The notes: generated from the letters alone by a model not told the origin. A stretch of DNA of 32,000 nucleotides from Paracoccus suum (GCF_003324675.1 NZ_CP030918.1:360001-392000); one strand, 5' to 3'. Counted from the stretch's first letter, positions 1 to 8,462 are shown. Program-made: numbers and translations.

Positions 1-179
1 ACCTGAATTACGAGGTCAACCTGCTGGTGGTTGATGATGATTTCACCGCCGAACTGGACGAGCGGCAGGCCAGCTACGTCGCCCGCGCCCGCCGCCTGAC
101 CCTGCGCGAGGTCGAGGCTTGGAGCCGCCTGCGCCGCATCCGCAATAACCTGGCCGCCGTCGCAGCGCCCCTGCTTTGA
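1..179 (+). CDS. 3-prime end of a phospholipase D family / cardiolipin synthase-like gene (5-prime truncated by window edge)
   Basis: The frame starting at nt 3 is open to TGA at 177-179. It translates to LNYEVNLLVVDDDFTAELDERQASYVARARRLTLREVEAWSRLRRIRNNLAAVAAPLL*. This resembles the tail after the second HKD motif of bacterial cardiolipin synthases. Only 58 aa are visible. It is absent from the ORF track because no start lies in the window. Confidence 0.5.
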   Translation, partial: LNYEVNLLVVDDDFTAELDERQASYVARARRLTLREVEAWSRLRRIRNNLAAVAAPLL

Positions 180-410
180 GGTGGGAGCGGGGTCAACTTG
201 CCGACCGGAAGGGCCAAACAGGTTGGGCAGAAAAATCGACATGCGTCGGGCGAACTGGCTGACTTGTCAATCACTTCGCTGGGTGCGACGCCCCTGTTTC
301 AGTCAGCACGCCACCCTGCAGCGCAGGATTTGCAGGGTCCGATCAGGGTTGCATTGCTGGTTCGGAATGTGTCCATGGAGTTGTGTGAACATCGATGGAG
401 GAGAATCCCG

Positions 411-1049
411 ATGAACCTATCGCCGCAAACGACCAAGCAGCGATTCGCGATGACACCGCTCGGCCTTGCCGCCGTCCTCATGACTTTTGCCGCAAGCCCG
501 CTGGCCGCGCAGACCGCAGCCCCGGCACCTGCAACCCCGCCTGCGGCCGAGGCCCCCGCGCCCGCCCCGGCAACGACGCCTGCCGCACCGGCCGACGCCC
601 CTGCCCCTGCGACCACCCCCGCTGCCCCTGCCGCGGCCGCCGCGCCGACCACCGAGACCGGCGCCCCGACCGCGGCCTACGAGGCGCAGAAGGTCGTCTA
701 TCACGTCAACGGCAAAGGCGGCGAAGAGGGCAAGGCCTATCGCGCCATCCTCGGCAATATCCGCAATCACATCGACGCCGTCGGCGCTGACAAGCTGGAC
801 CTGCGCGTCGTGATGCATGGCGACGGGATCGGCATGGTCCAGGACGCGGTTGACGATCAGGCCCTGCAGGGCACGATCATCGATCTGCGCAACAAGGGCG
901 TGCGCTTCCTCGTGTGCAACAACACCCTCGTCGCGCGCAAGATCGACCCGGCCTCCCTGTTTGAGGTCAGCGAGGAGGACGTCGTCCCCTCGGGCGTCGC
1001 CGAACTCGGCAAGCTGCAGATGGAAGGCTTTGCCTACATCAAGCCCTGA
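411..1049 (+). CDS. Secreted DsrE/DsrF-like family protein (COG1416-like) with a Pro/Ala-rich linker
   Basis: This is the in-frame part of tracked ORF 198..1049. ATG at 411 is preceded by GGAGGAG at 397-403. The N-terminus MNLSPQTTKQRFAMTPLGLAAVLMTFAASPLAA|Q looks like a Sec signal peptide. The C-terminal 120 aa (KVVYHVNG...VRFLVCNNTL...VPSGVAELGKLQMEGFAYIKP) matches the DsrE/DsrF-like fold family as I remember it. Confidence 0.7.
   Translation: MNLSPQTTKQRFAMTPLGLAAVLMTFAASPLAAQTAAPAPATPPAAEAPAPAPATTPAAPADAPAPATTPAAPAAAAAPTTETGAPTAAYEAQKVVYHVNGKGGEEGKAYRAILGNIRNHIDAVGADKLDLRVVMHGDGIGMVQDAVDDQALQGTIIDLRNKGVRFLVCNNTLVARKIDPASLFEVSEEDVVPSGVAELGKLQMEGFAYIKP
558..632 (+). repeat. Tandem peptide-level repeat APAPATTPAAPA x2 inside a Pro/Ala/Thr-rich linker (whole linker about 513-674)
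   Basis: Codons 50-61 (558-593) and 63-74 (597-632) of the 411..1049 CDS both encode APAPATTPAAPA, separated by one Asp codon. Synonymous positions differ between the two copies. Confidence 0.8.
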
Positions 1050-1233
1050 TCCGCTTGCGGAAAAGGAGATAAGGGCCGGGCCCTCGGCACGCACTGTCGC
1101 CGACGCCCGCATCCGCTGATCCGGTATCCCCCGGTTCAGTGGGGCCTGACCGCACAAGTCGGGGAACCGCGGCGGCTGGTGCCGGATTGCCTGTAGGCCC
1201 GGACATGGCAAGCAGCGCCAAGGAGGCCGCCAG

Positions 1234-1581
1234 ATGACCGACGACGACACCTGCGATCTCGCCAACAAGCACTGTGCCCCCTGCGAGGGCGGCACGCCCG
1301 CCCTGTCCCGGCCAGATGCCGAGGCTATGCTGATCAAATTGGACGGCTGGACCCTCTCTGAGGATGGGACGACCATCACCCGGCGCCTGACCTTCAAGGG
1401 TTTTGCCAAGGCCCAGCAGACCGCGAATGTCGCCGCATGGGCAGGCGACCGCGAGGGGCACCACCCGGACATCCGCTTTGGGTGGGGCTACTGCGAGGTC
1501 AGCTACAGTACCCACGCGATAGGCGGGCTCAGCGAGAACGACTTTATTTGCGCCGCCCGTCTGGACCGGATTCTGGCCTGA
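1234..1581 (+). CDS. 4a-hydroxytetrahydrobiopterin (pterin-4a-carbinolamine) dehydratase, PCD/DCoH family
   Basis: 115-aa ORF with AAGGAGG 8 nt upstream of the ATG. The sequence ...LDGWTL...ITRRLTFKGFAKAQQTANVAAWAGDREGHHPDIRFGWGYCEVSYSTHAIGGLSENDFICAARLD is typical of PCD, including the HHPD motif. Confidence 0.9.
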   Translation: MTDDDTCDLANKHCAPCEGGTPALSRPDAEAMLIKLDGWTLSEDGTTITRRLTFKGFAKAQQTANVAAWAGDREGHHPDIRFGWGYCEVSYSTHAIGGLSENDFICAARLDRILA

Positions 1582-1613
1582 CAACGGCTCTGGCGCTTGC
1601 CCCCCTTGGGCGC

Positions 1614-1631
1614 GGCCAGTATCCACTGGCC
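1614..1631 (+). other. Perfect 7-bp stem / 4-nt loop hairpin (GGCCAGT ATCC ACTGGCC) 19 nt upstream of the ilvD start
   Basis: Read directly from the sequence. No U-tract follows, so it is not a classical intrinsic terminator. Function unknown. Confidence 0.4.
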
Positions 1632-1649
1632 AAGCCAAGAGGGTCAGCC

Positions 1650-3383
1650 ATGCAAAACAGCCGCTTCGACAAGTCCAGACTGCCCAGCCGTCACGTGACA
1701 GAAGGGCCGGCTCGCGCCCCGCACCGCAGCTATTTCTACGCCATGGGCGTTACCGACGAGGAAATCCACGCCCCTTGGGTTGGCGTTGCCACCTGCTGGA
1801 ACGAGGCCGCGCCCTGCAACATCGCCCTGAACCGGCAGGCGCAGTCGGTCAAGCAGGGTGTCAAGAAGGCCGGCGGCTGCCCGCGCGAGTTCACCACCAT
1901 TACCGTGACCGATGGCATCGCCATGGGCCACGAGGGCATGCGGTCGTCCCTCGCCAGCCGCGATGCGATCGCTGACACGGTCGAGCTGACCATGCGCGGC
2001 CACTGCTATGATGCGCTTGTCGGTCTTGCCGGCTGCGACAAGTCGCTGCCCGGAATGATGATGGCGATGCTGCGGCTGAACGTGCCGTCGGTGTTCATCT
2101 ATGGCGGCTCGATCCTCCCCGGCAAGCTGAACGGCCGCGACGTGGTCGTGCAGGACGTGTTCGAGGCCGTCGGCCAGCACGCCGCCGGCAAGCTGACGGA
2201 CGCGGAACTGGATATCCTCGAGCGCGTGGCCTGCCCCTCGGCTGGCGCCTGCGGTGGCCAATACACCGCCAACACCATGGCCTGCGTCAGCGAGGCGATC
2301 GGCCTTGCGCTGATGAACTCGTCCGGCATGCCCGCGCCGTACGAGAGCCGCGATGCCTACGGCCTGGCGTCGGGCGAGGCGGTCATGACCCTGATCGAAC
2401 GCAATATCCGTGCCCGCGACGTCGTGACGCGCAAGGCGCTGGAGAATGCGGCGCGCGTCGTCGCTTGCACCGGCGGGTCGACCAACGCAGCCCTGCACCT
2501 GCCCGCCATGGCGCATGAGGCAGGCATCGATTTCGACCTGTTCGACGTCTGCGACATCTTCCGCGAGACGCCCTATTTCGTGAACCTGCGGCCAGGCGGC
2601 GAATATGTCGCCAAGGACCTTTACGAGGCCGGCGGCGTGCCGGTGGTCATGCGCGAGCTGCAAAAGGCCGGGCTGATCCACGACGATTGCATGACCGCGA
2701 GCGGGCGCACCATCGGCGAGGAGTTGGCGCTCGTCACGCGCGAGATCGACGGCAAGGTGATCCATCCCGTCGCGACCCCCCTTAGCGCCACCGGCGGCGT
2801 GGTCGGCCTCAAGGGCAATCTCGCCCCCGACGGCGCCGTGGTCAAAGTCGCCGGCATGGCCCCCGAAGAGCAGGTCTTTACCGGCCCTGCCCGCGTCTTT
2901 GAATGCGAGGAGGACGCCTTTGCCGCCGTGCAGGTTCGCGGCTATCGCGAGGGTGAGGTCATCGTCATTCGCAACGAGGGTCCTGCGGGTGGCCCCGGCA
3001 TGCGCGAGATGTTGGCGACCACCGCCGCCCTCTCCGGGCAGGGCATGGGCAAGAAGGTCGCGCTGATCACCGACGGCCGCTTCAGCGGCGCGACACGCGG
3101 CTTTTGCGTCGGCCATGTCGGCCCCGAGGCCGCGCATGGCGGCCCGATCGCCCTGCTGCGCGACGGCGATGTCATCACCATCGACGCCATCAAGGGCGAG
3201 ATCAGTGTCGCGCTGGACGAGGCCGAGCTCGCCGCGCGCAAGGCCGCATGGGCGGGCCCGCGGCCGACCGACTATGCCGCCGGGGCGCTGTGGAAATATG
3301 CCCGGCTGGTCGGACCAGCACGGCAGGGCGCCGTGACCCATCCGGGTGCCGAGGCCGAAACCCACGTCTATATGGACCAATGA
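1650..3383 (+). CDS. ilvD: Dihydroxy-acid dehydratase (short, actinobacterial/Bacillus-like IlvD form, 577 aa)
   Basis: In frame with tracked ORF 1437..3383. ATG at 1650 gives MQNSRFDKSRLPSRHVTEGPARAPHRSYFYAMGVTDEEI... IlvD/Edd signatures are present: CDKSLPGMMMA, ACGGQYTANTM, GGSTNAALHL, IRNEGPAGGPGMREML and LITDGRFSGATRG. It is collinear with IlvD sequences I remember. A sugar-acid dehydratase paralogue cannot be fully excluded. Confidence 0.93.
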   Translation: MQNSRFDKSRLPSRHVTEGPARAPHRSYFYAMGVTDEEIHAPWVGVATCWNEAAPCNIALNRQAQSVKQGVKKAGGCPREFTTITVTDGIAMGHEGMRSSLASRDAIADTVELTMRGHCYDALVGLAGCDKSLPGMMMAMLRLNVPSVFIYGGSILPGKLNGRDVVVQDVFEAVGQHAAGKLTDAELDILERVACPSAGACGGQYTANTMACVSEAIGLALMNSSGMPAPYESRDAYGLASGEAVMTLIERNIRARDVVTRKALENAARVVACTGGSTNAALHLPAMAHEAGIDFDLFDVCDIFRETPYFVNLRPGGEYVAKDLYEAGGVPVVMRELQKAGLIHDDCMTASGRTIGEELALVTREIDGKVIHPVATPLSATGGVVGLKGNLAPDGAVVKVAGMAPEEQVFTGPARVFECEEDAFAAVQVRGYREGEVIVIRNEGPAGGPGMREMLATTAALSGQGMGKKVALITDGRFSGATRGFCVGHVGPEAAHGGPIALLRDGDVITIDAIKGEISVALDEAELAARKAAWAGPRPTDYAAGALWKYARLVGPARQGAVTHPGAEAETHVYMDQ

Positions 3384-3384
3384 C

Positions 3385-4179
3385 GTGGCGCGCCGGGGAC
3401 CTGCAGCCACGCTGGGCAAGTTGCTGGGTCGCGGCGCGGGCGGAGGCGATGCCGGCCACTGGCGCGGCATGCGGACCGCAGCACTGTCCACGGCCGAAAT
3501 CGACCGGCTGCGGGGCGCTGCGCGCGATCAGCGACGTGCGATCGATGCCTTCCTGGCCTCGACCGAGCGCGCGACCCGCCGCCACAGCGCTCTGCTGGCG
3601 GCGATGCCGCTGCCCGCCGGGACCGACTGGCGGTGGCGGCCGCCGCTGCTCAGCACGCCGCTGGACCCGGCAGTCCGCATAGGGCCGCCCAACGGCGAGG
3701 GCCTGGGCGACAGTGCGCAATTGTTTCACGATTGCGATCTGCGGGCCATGATCCTGCGTCAGGTACCGAACCTGTCGGCGACCGACCTTGCGCTCTACGG
3801 CCTGCGCCTCGAGGTGCTGGGTTTTAGCGGCGGCTTTCTGGCGCTGAGCCTGCCGCTGCCGGCCGAGGCGCTGGACGGCCTCGACCGCGACCACATCATA
3901 CGTTTGGAAACCGAGATCGAGATCGAGCGCCGGATCGAGGTGTTCGCCCGGTTGAACATCAAGAACGGCCCGAACACCGATCAGCAACAGGCCCACTTGG
4001 GCTGGATGCAGGCCGACCGGCGCAACCGGCATGTGTCCGAGTTCGATCTCGCCCCGACCGAGATTAACCCGGAGCGGCTGGAGTCGGCCTGGCTGGACCT
4101 GATCTTCGAGGCGCCGGCCATGAACGCGGTCGTGCTGCGCGACCTTGTGCTGTCGCGCCACCGACGGGCACAGGTCTGA
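3385..4179 (+). CDS. Conserved hypothetical protein (unknown function; possibly a Rhodobacterales-restricted DUF family)
   Basis: This is the frame of tracked ORF 3346..4179, with good GC3 coding bias throughout. The start is uncertain. GTG at 3385 lies 1 nt after the ilvD stop, and ATG at 3469 is the alternative. I recognise no catalytic motif. Confidence 0.65.
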   Translation: MARRGPAATLGKLLGRGAGGGDAGHWRGMRTAALSTAEIDRLRGAARDQRRAIDAFLASTERATRRHSALLAAMPLPAGTDWRWRPPLLSTPLDPAVRIGPPNGEGLGDSAQLFHDCDLRAMILRQVPNLSATDLALYGLRLEVLGFSGGFLALSLPLPAEALDGLDRDHIIRLETEIEIERRIEVFARLNIKNGPNTDQQQAHLGWMQADRRNRHVSEFDLAPTEINPERLESAWLDLIFEAPAMNAVVLRDLVLSRHRRAQV

Positions 4180-4907
4180 TGAAAGGACCCAAGGCAATGA
4201 GCAGCTTTCGGCATGACGGCCTGCGCGGCGGGGTCTGGCATGGGACGATCGAGGGCGCTACCCGGCCCTCGCCCCTTGCCCTGGTGCATCGGGGCGAGCG
4301 GATTGGGCCAGCCACGCTGACTCCGCTTCCGGACGGGGAAGGCTGGCAGATCGCGGCGACGGTGCCGCTGGACCGGCTGACCGACGGCGCAACCACCTTT
4401 CTGCTGGTAGAGGACGGCCCCGACGGCCAGCGCGCCGACGCCGCCGCGATCATCGCCCGCCTGCCGCTGATCGCGGGGGCCGAGATTGCCACCGACCTGC
4501 AGGCCGAACTGGCCCTGATGCGGGCCGAGATGGACCTGTTACTGCGCGAGTTTCGCCGGCACTCCGCCGAGGCTCTCACGGCGTCGCAGGACTTCGTGCG
4601 CAAGGCCGATCTGGCTGTCGTTCTGCCGACCGCTGAGGCGAGTTGCGCCGCGCACGACGAAACGCACAGCCCCCCGGCGGCCGGTCTCGCCCCCGAGGAA
4701 GCATTGCACGCCGCCTCGGAGATGGCCGGCGGCACCTCCGAGGAAGCATTGCAGACCGTTGCGCCAGCTACCGCCGTTGAAACCGCGGCGGCAGAAGAAG
4801 CGACACGATCCGCGCTGCCTGCCGAAGCCGCCGCCTTCCCCGCGCCAAGTCCCGCCGAACCTGATCCCGCCGCGATCCCTCGTCCGCCGGCCGGTCCACA
4901 GATTTAG
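4179..4907 (+). CDS. Hypothetical protein: N-terminal globular part, short coiled-coil-like helix, acidic Ala/Pro/Glu-rich tail
   Basis: 242-aa ORF. ATG at 4179 overlaps the upstream TGA (TGATG at 4177-4181). An alternative ATG at 4197 has AAAGGA 9 nt upstream. Coding-type GC3 bias is present. No recognisable family. Confidence 0.6.
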   Translation: MKGPKAMSSFRHDGLRGGVWHGTIEGATRPSPLALVHRGERIGPATLTPLPDGEGWQIAATVPLDRLTDGATTFLLVEDGPDGQRADAAAIIARLPLIAGAEIATDLQAELALMRAEMDLLLREFRRHSAEALTASQDFVRKADLAVVLPTAEASCAAHDETHSPPAAGLAPEEALHAASEMAGGTSEEALQTVAPATAVETAAAEEATRSALPAEAAAFPAPSPAEPDPAAIPRPPAGPQI

Positions 4908-4989
4908 GGCCAAAGCGATGCGAGCGCCGGTCAGCCCGGCGTCGTCCCGGCCCCGCTGCTGTAGCCGGGTAAAGCAGTGCGTAAAGCGG

Positions 4990-5721
4990 TCACTCCGTCC
5001 CCGGTTGCTGGAAATAGCGATAACGCGCCGCCTCGGTGAATCCCATCGCCGCGTATAGGGCGCAAGCCGCGCTGTTATCGAGGCTGACCGCCAGGGCTAA
5101 GGTCCTCGCCCCCTCACCCGCCGCCCAGTGTGCCGCCTTGCGAGCCAGTGCAACCCCAAGGCCGCGCCGCCGAAATGCCGGGGCGACCTCCAATGCATGC
5201 AACATCGCCACCTTATCGTGAACCGCGACAAAGCCGGCGCCGGCGGCGCGGTCGTCCTGCCGGCCCAAGAGCGAGGTCTTGGGCTGGGGCGCGCGGTCCA
5301 TCACCGCCTGTCGCGCCGGGCCGATAGAGCCCTCGGCCCAGATCTGACGCTGCACCGCCAGTGGCGGCCACAGGCAGAACGCGGTCATCTTGCCGACCGG
5401 CTGGCTCGCGAGCGCCCCGACCGGCGCGGCCAGGATCGGTGTCGGCCGGATCGGGCGATAGCCGCGGGCGCCCAGCGCCTCGGCCAACGCATCCTCGCCA
5501 TCGAACACGCGAAACAGCGCCGGTTGGCCCCAGGCGTGGTGCTGTGTCTCGGCGGCAATAATATCGTCGGGCGTCCACGGACCCACCGCGCGGGTCGAGC
5601 CGACGCGTCCGCCCGCGCCCATCGCGCGGCCCGTCCGCAGCCCGCCGGCCGCCGCATATTCCGCTGACGGCCAGGTCGCCTCGGATGCGGCAAGGATCGC
5701 CGGCACCTGCGGGTCCGGCAT
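4990..5721 (-). CDS. GNAT family N-acetyltransferase (two-domain; acetyl-CoA motif in the C-terminal half)
   Basis: 243-aa ORF. The C-terminal half, VAVHDKVAMLHALEVAPAFRRRGLGVALARKAAHWA...ALYAAMGF, carries the GNAT R-x-x-G-x-G/A motif. Its start overlaps the stop of the upstream gene by 1 nt (TGATG on the minus strand at 5719-5723). Confidence 0.75.
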   Translation of the reverse strand: MPDPQVPAILAASEATWPSAEYAAAGGLRTGRAMGAGGRVGSTRAVGPWTPDDIIAAETQHHAWGQPALFRVFDGEDALAEALGARGYRPIRPTPILAAPVGALASQPVGKMTAFCLWPPLAVQRQIWAEGSIGPARQAVMDRAPQPKTSLLGRQDDRAAGAGFVAVHDKVAMLHALEVAPAFRRRGLGVALARKAAHWAAGEGARTLALAVSLDNSAACALYAAMGFTEAARYRYFQQPGTE

Positions 5722-6467
5722 CAGCCGGCGACCCCCAACCGCGATTTCAACTCCGCCATGGCGGCGCTGACGCGCGCCGCGTCCACCCCGCGCACCACCA
5801 GGTTGGTGCCCCAGCCGTCCTCGTCGTGGAACGGATACGAGCCGAGCGACAGGTCGCTGTATGCCTCGGCCACCTCGCCCAGATCGGCGGCAACGTCACT
5901 CTCGCCCCGCCGCATCTCCAGCGTTTCGCTGACCTGCGGCCGTCCCGCCTGAAGGGTCGGCAGCACCGCTTCGACCATCGCGCGGAATACGTTCGGCACG
6001 CCCGCCATCACATGGGTCACCCCGATCGAGAACCCTGGCGCTGCCGAGACGCTGTTCACGATCAGCCGCGCCCCCACCGGCACGCGGGCCATGCGCAGGC
6101 GGTTGTCGTTCAGTTCGATCCCGAGCGAGGCATAGCGCGCGGCCATCGCCTCGCGGGCGTCTGGGTGGATCTCCAGCACGGTGCCAAAGGCTTCCGCCAC
6201 GGCGTCTGCGGTGATGTCGTCATGGGTCGGGCCGATCCCGCCCGAGGTAAAGACATGATCCCAGGTCCCGCCCAGAGTGCGATCCATGGCCTGCAATGCG
6301 GCCACGATGGTCGCGTGATCGTCAGGGATGACGCGGATCTCGCGCAGGTCGAAACCGGTCGCGGCGAGGACCCCCGCAAGGTAGTGGGCATTGCCCTCGC
6401 GCGTGCGGCCAGAAAGGATCTCGTCCCCGATGACAAGGATGCCGGCGCTCGGATTATCGGATAGCAT
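5721..6467 (-). CDS. CinA-like competence/damage-inducible protein, MoCF-biosynthesis (molybdopterin-binding) domain only
   Basis: 248-aa ORF. AGILVIGDEILSGRTREGNAHYLAGVLAATG...VFTSGGIGPTHDDITADAVAEAFG is the typical CinA N-terminal / MoaB-MogA-like domain. There is no C-terminal PncC deamidase domain. Confidence 0.8.
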   Translation of the reverse strand: MLSDNPSAGILVIGDEILSGRTREGNAHYLAGVLAATGFDLREIRVIPDDHATIVAALQAMDRTLGGTWDHVFTSGGIGPTHDDITADAVAEAFGTVLEIHPDAREAMAARYASLGIELNDNRLRMARVPVGARLIVNSVSAAPGFSIGVTHVMAGVPNVFRAMVEAVLPTLQAGRPQVSETLEMRRGESDVAADLGEVAEAYSDLSLGSYPFHDEDGWGTNLVVRGVDAARVSAAMAELKSRLGVAG

Positions 6468-6608
6468 GGGGTGCCTCGATCATGGTCTGCCGCCGATAAC
6501 TGCACCCCGCCCTGCCCGGGCGCAAGAAGCAGGACTGGAAACGCGCGCCCGGCCGGACTATCTGGGGGCCAGCCCCCTATCACCCGACGCTGCAGCCGCG
6601 ATGGAACC

Positions 6609-7412
6609 ATGCTGGAAAGCCGATTGACCCGCGACGGAATCCGAATCCACGCCCCCGAGGACTTTGCCGGGATGCGGGCGGCCGGGCATCTGGCCGCCCA
6701 GATCCTCGACGAAGTCGGCGCGCTCGTCCGCCCCGGCGTCAGTACGGCCGAGCTGGATGATTTCATCCGCATGCGGGTCGAGGCCTCGGGCGCGACCTCG
6801 GCCACCATCGGCTATCGCGGCTATCAGCACGCCAGTTGCATCAGCATCAACCATGTCGTCTGCCACGGCATTCCTGGCCCCAAGGTGCTGATCGAGGGCG
6901 ACATCCTGAATATCGACGTCACAGTCATCGTTGACGGATGGTTCGGCGACAACAGCCGGATGTATGTGGCAGGCACGGCCCCGCGCAAGGCGACGCGCCT
7001 GATCGAGGTAACGCATGACGCGCTGATGCGCGGCATCGCGGCGGTCCGACCGGGCAATACCTTTGGCGATATCGGCCACGCGATCCAGGAATATGCCACC
7101 AGCCATCGCATGTCGGTGGTGCGCGATTTCTGCGGCCATGGCCTCGGCCGTGTGTTCCACGCGCCGCCGAACGTGCTGCATTTCGGCCGCCCCGGCCGCG
7201 GTGCGGTGCTGGAGGAAGGCATGTTCTTCACCATCGAGCCGATGATCAACCTCGGCCGGCCCGAGACGAAGACCCTCCCGGATGACTGGACCGCGGTCAC
7301 CCGCGACCGCTCGCTGTCCGCCCAGTACGAGCATTCGATTGGCGTCACGGCGGAGGGTTGCGAGATATTCACCCTCTCGCCTGGCGGCCTCTATGAGGCC
7401 GCCTTTCGCTGA
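6609..7412 (+). CDS. map: Type I methionine aminopeptidase
   Basis: In frame with tracked ORF 6471..7412. ATG at 6609 gives MLESRLTRDGIRIHAPEDFAGMRAAG... Metal ligands are in the expected context: VCHGIP, DILNIDVTVIVDGWFGD, GHGLG, FTIEPM and QYEHSIGVT. Confidence 0.95.
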   Translation: MLESRLTRDGIRIHAPEDFAGMRAAGHLAAQILDEVGALVRPGVSTAELDDFIRMRVEASGATSATIGYRGYQHASCISINHVVCHGIPGPKVLIEGDILNIDVTVIVDGWFGDNSRMYVAGTAPRKATRLIEVTHDALMRGIAAVRPGNTFGDIGHAIQEYATSHRMSVVRDFCGHGLGRVFHAPPNVLHFGRPGRGAVLEEGMFFTIEPMINLGRPETKTLPDDWTAVTRDRSLSAQYEHSIGVTAEGCEIFTLSPGGLYEAAFR

Positions 7413-7427
7413 CATCCCTGCGGCCTG

Positions 7428-7444
7428 GAGGCGCCGAGCGCCTC
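7428..7444. terminator. Hairpin GAGGCGC-CGA-GCGCCTC between convergent map and LacI-family genes (possible bidirectional terminator)
   Basis: Perfect 7-bp GC-rich stem read from the sequence, 16 nt after the map stop. It overlaps the stop codon of the minus-strand regulator. There is no clear U-tract, so terminator function is uncertain. Confidence 0.35.
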
Positions 7445-8462
7445 ACACTTGGCGGATCGTGTCCCCCGGCAGGAAGGTCGGCACCAATTCGATCACACCC
7501 CCATCCGGCCTCGGGTCCTTGCCGGCGACGATCCGCGCCGCCCTGCGGCCGATGTCCACCCGCCGCGCATCGGTGGTCGCGAGTCGCCGTGGCAGGCCCT
7601 TCAGCATCTCGACCCCATTGAACCCGGCGAGGCCCAGCCGGCCCGGGATGTCGATTCCCTGCTCGAGGCACCACAGCAGCCCACCTGCGCCGATCATGTC
7701 GTTGGAATAATACAGGAAATCCAGATCAGGCTTGCGGGTCAGGATGCGCTCAGTCAACTCGCGCCCTTTCACCAGCGACGAGCCGCCCTGATAGAATTCG
7801 CGCGCGGCCAAGGGAACGCCAGCCTCTGACAGTCCGGCCTCGAACCCCTCCAGCCGTTTGCGCGCCCGGTGATCCTCGGGCATGTGGGTGCCCAGAAACC
7901 CGATCCGGCGGTAACCCGCGTTCAGGATGGTGGCCGCCATCTCGGCCCCCACCCGGCGGTGCGAGATGCCGACTGCGCAATCGACGCTCTCGCCATCGGT
8001 ATCCATGATCTCGACCACCGGCACCCCGGCCGCCCGCAGCATGGCGCGCGCGGCGCGGCTGTGCTCCAGCCCAGCGAGGATCAGTCCGGCCGGCCGCCAG
8101 GACAACATGTCGTACAGCACGGCCTCCTCCCGGGCTGGGGCGTATTGGGTGACGCCCACGACCGGCTGCAGGGGCGTATCGTCGAGTTCGGCCGAAATGC
8201 CGCCGAGGACGTCGGGAAAGACCAGATTCGACAGCGACGGGATCATGACCGCGACCAGGTTCACGCGCTGGCTGGCGAGGCCGCCGGCGATCCGATTCGG
8301 CACGTATCCAAGGCTGCGCGCCGCGGTCAGGACCTTTTCGCGGGTGGCGGCCGACACATCGCCCCGGTCGCGCAAAACGCGACTCACCGTCATCTCGGAC
8401 ACCCCGGCGGCGGCAGACACGTCGCGCAGCGTCAGCGCGCGGGGACGGGCGGTTCGGATCAC
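7443..8462 (-). CDS. LacI family transcriptional regulator, closest in feel to the gluconate repressor GntR subgroup
   Basis: 339-aa ORF with a GTG start at 8462. The N-terminal HTH is LTLRDVSAAAGVSEMTVSRVLRD...GYVPNR, followed by a periplasmic-binding-protein-like sugar domain. Several blocks (IPSLSNLVF, MLSWRPAGLIL, GVPVVEIMD, GLAGFNG) parallel E. coli GntR as I remember it. No gnt genes are adjacent. Confidence 0.9.
   Translation of the reverse strand: MIRTARPRALTLRDVSAAAGVSEMTVSRVLRDRGDVSAATREKVLTAARSLGYVPNRIAGGLASQRVNLVAVMIPSLSNLVFPDVLGGISAELDDTPLQPVVGVTQYAPAREEAVLYDMLSWRPAGLILAGLEHSRAARAMLRAAGVPVVEIMDTDGESVDCAVGISHRRVGAEMAATILNAGYRRIGFLGTHMPEDHRARKRLEGFEAGLSEAGVPLAAREFYQGGSSLVKGRELTERILTRKPDLDFLYYSNDMIGAGGLLWCLEQGIDIPGRLGLAGFNGVEMLKGLPRRLATTDARRVDIGRRAARIVAGKDPRPDGGVIELVPTFLPGDTIRQV

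Noticed and set aside
1644-3491. Other long shadow ORFs: 1644..3491(-), 10697..11800(-), 12248..14092(+), 12981..14060(-), 417..1472(-), 27128..28057(-) and similar
   Set aside because: Each lies opposite or out of frame to a gene with clear family signatures. Each also has the Arg/Gly/Ala/Pro-heavy composition expected from non-coding frames in high-GC DNA.
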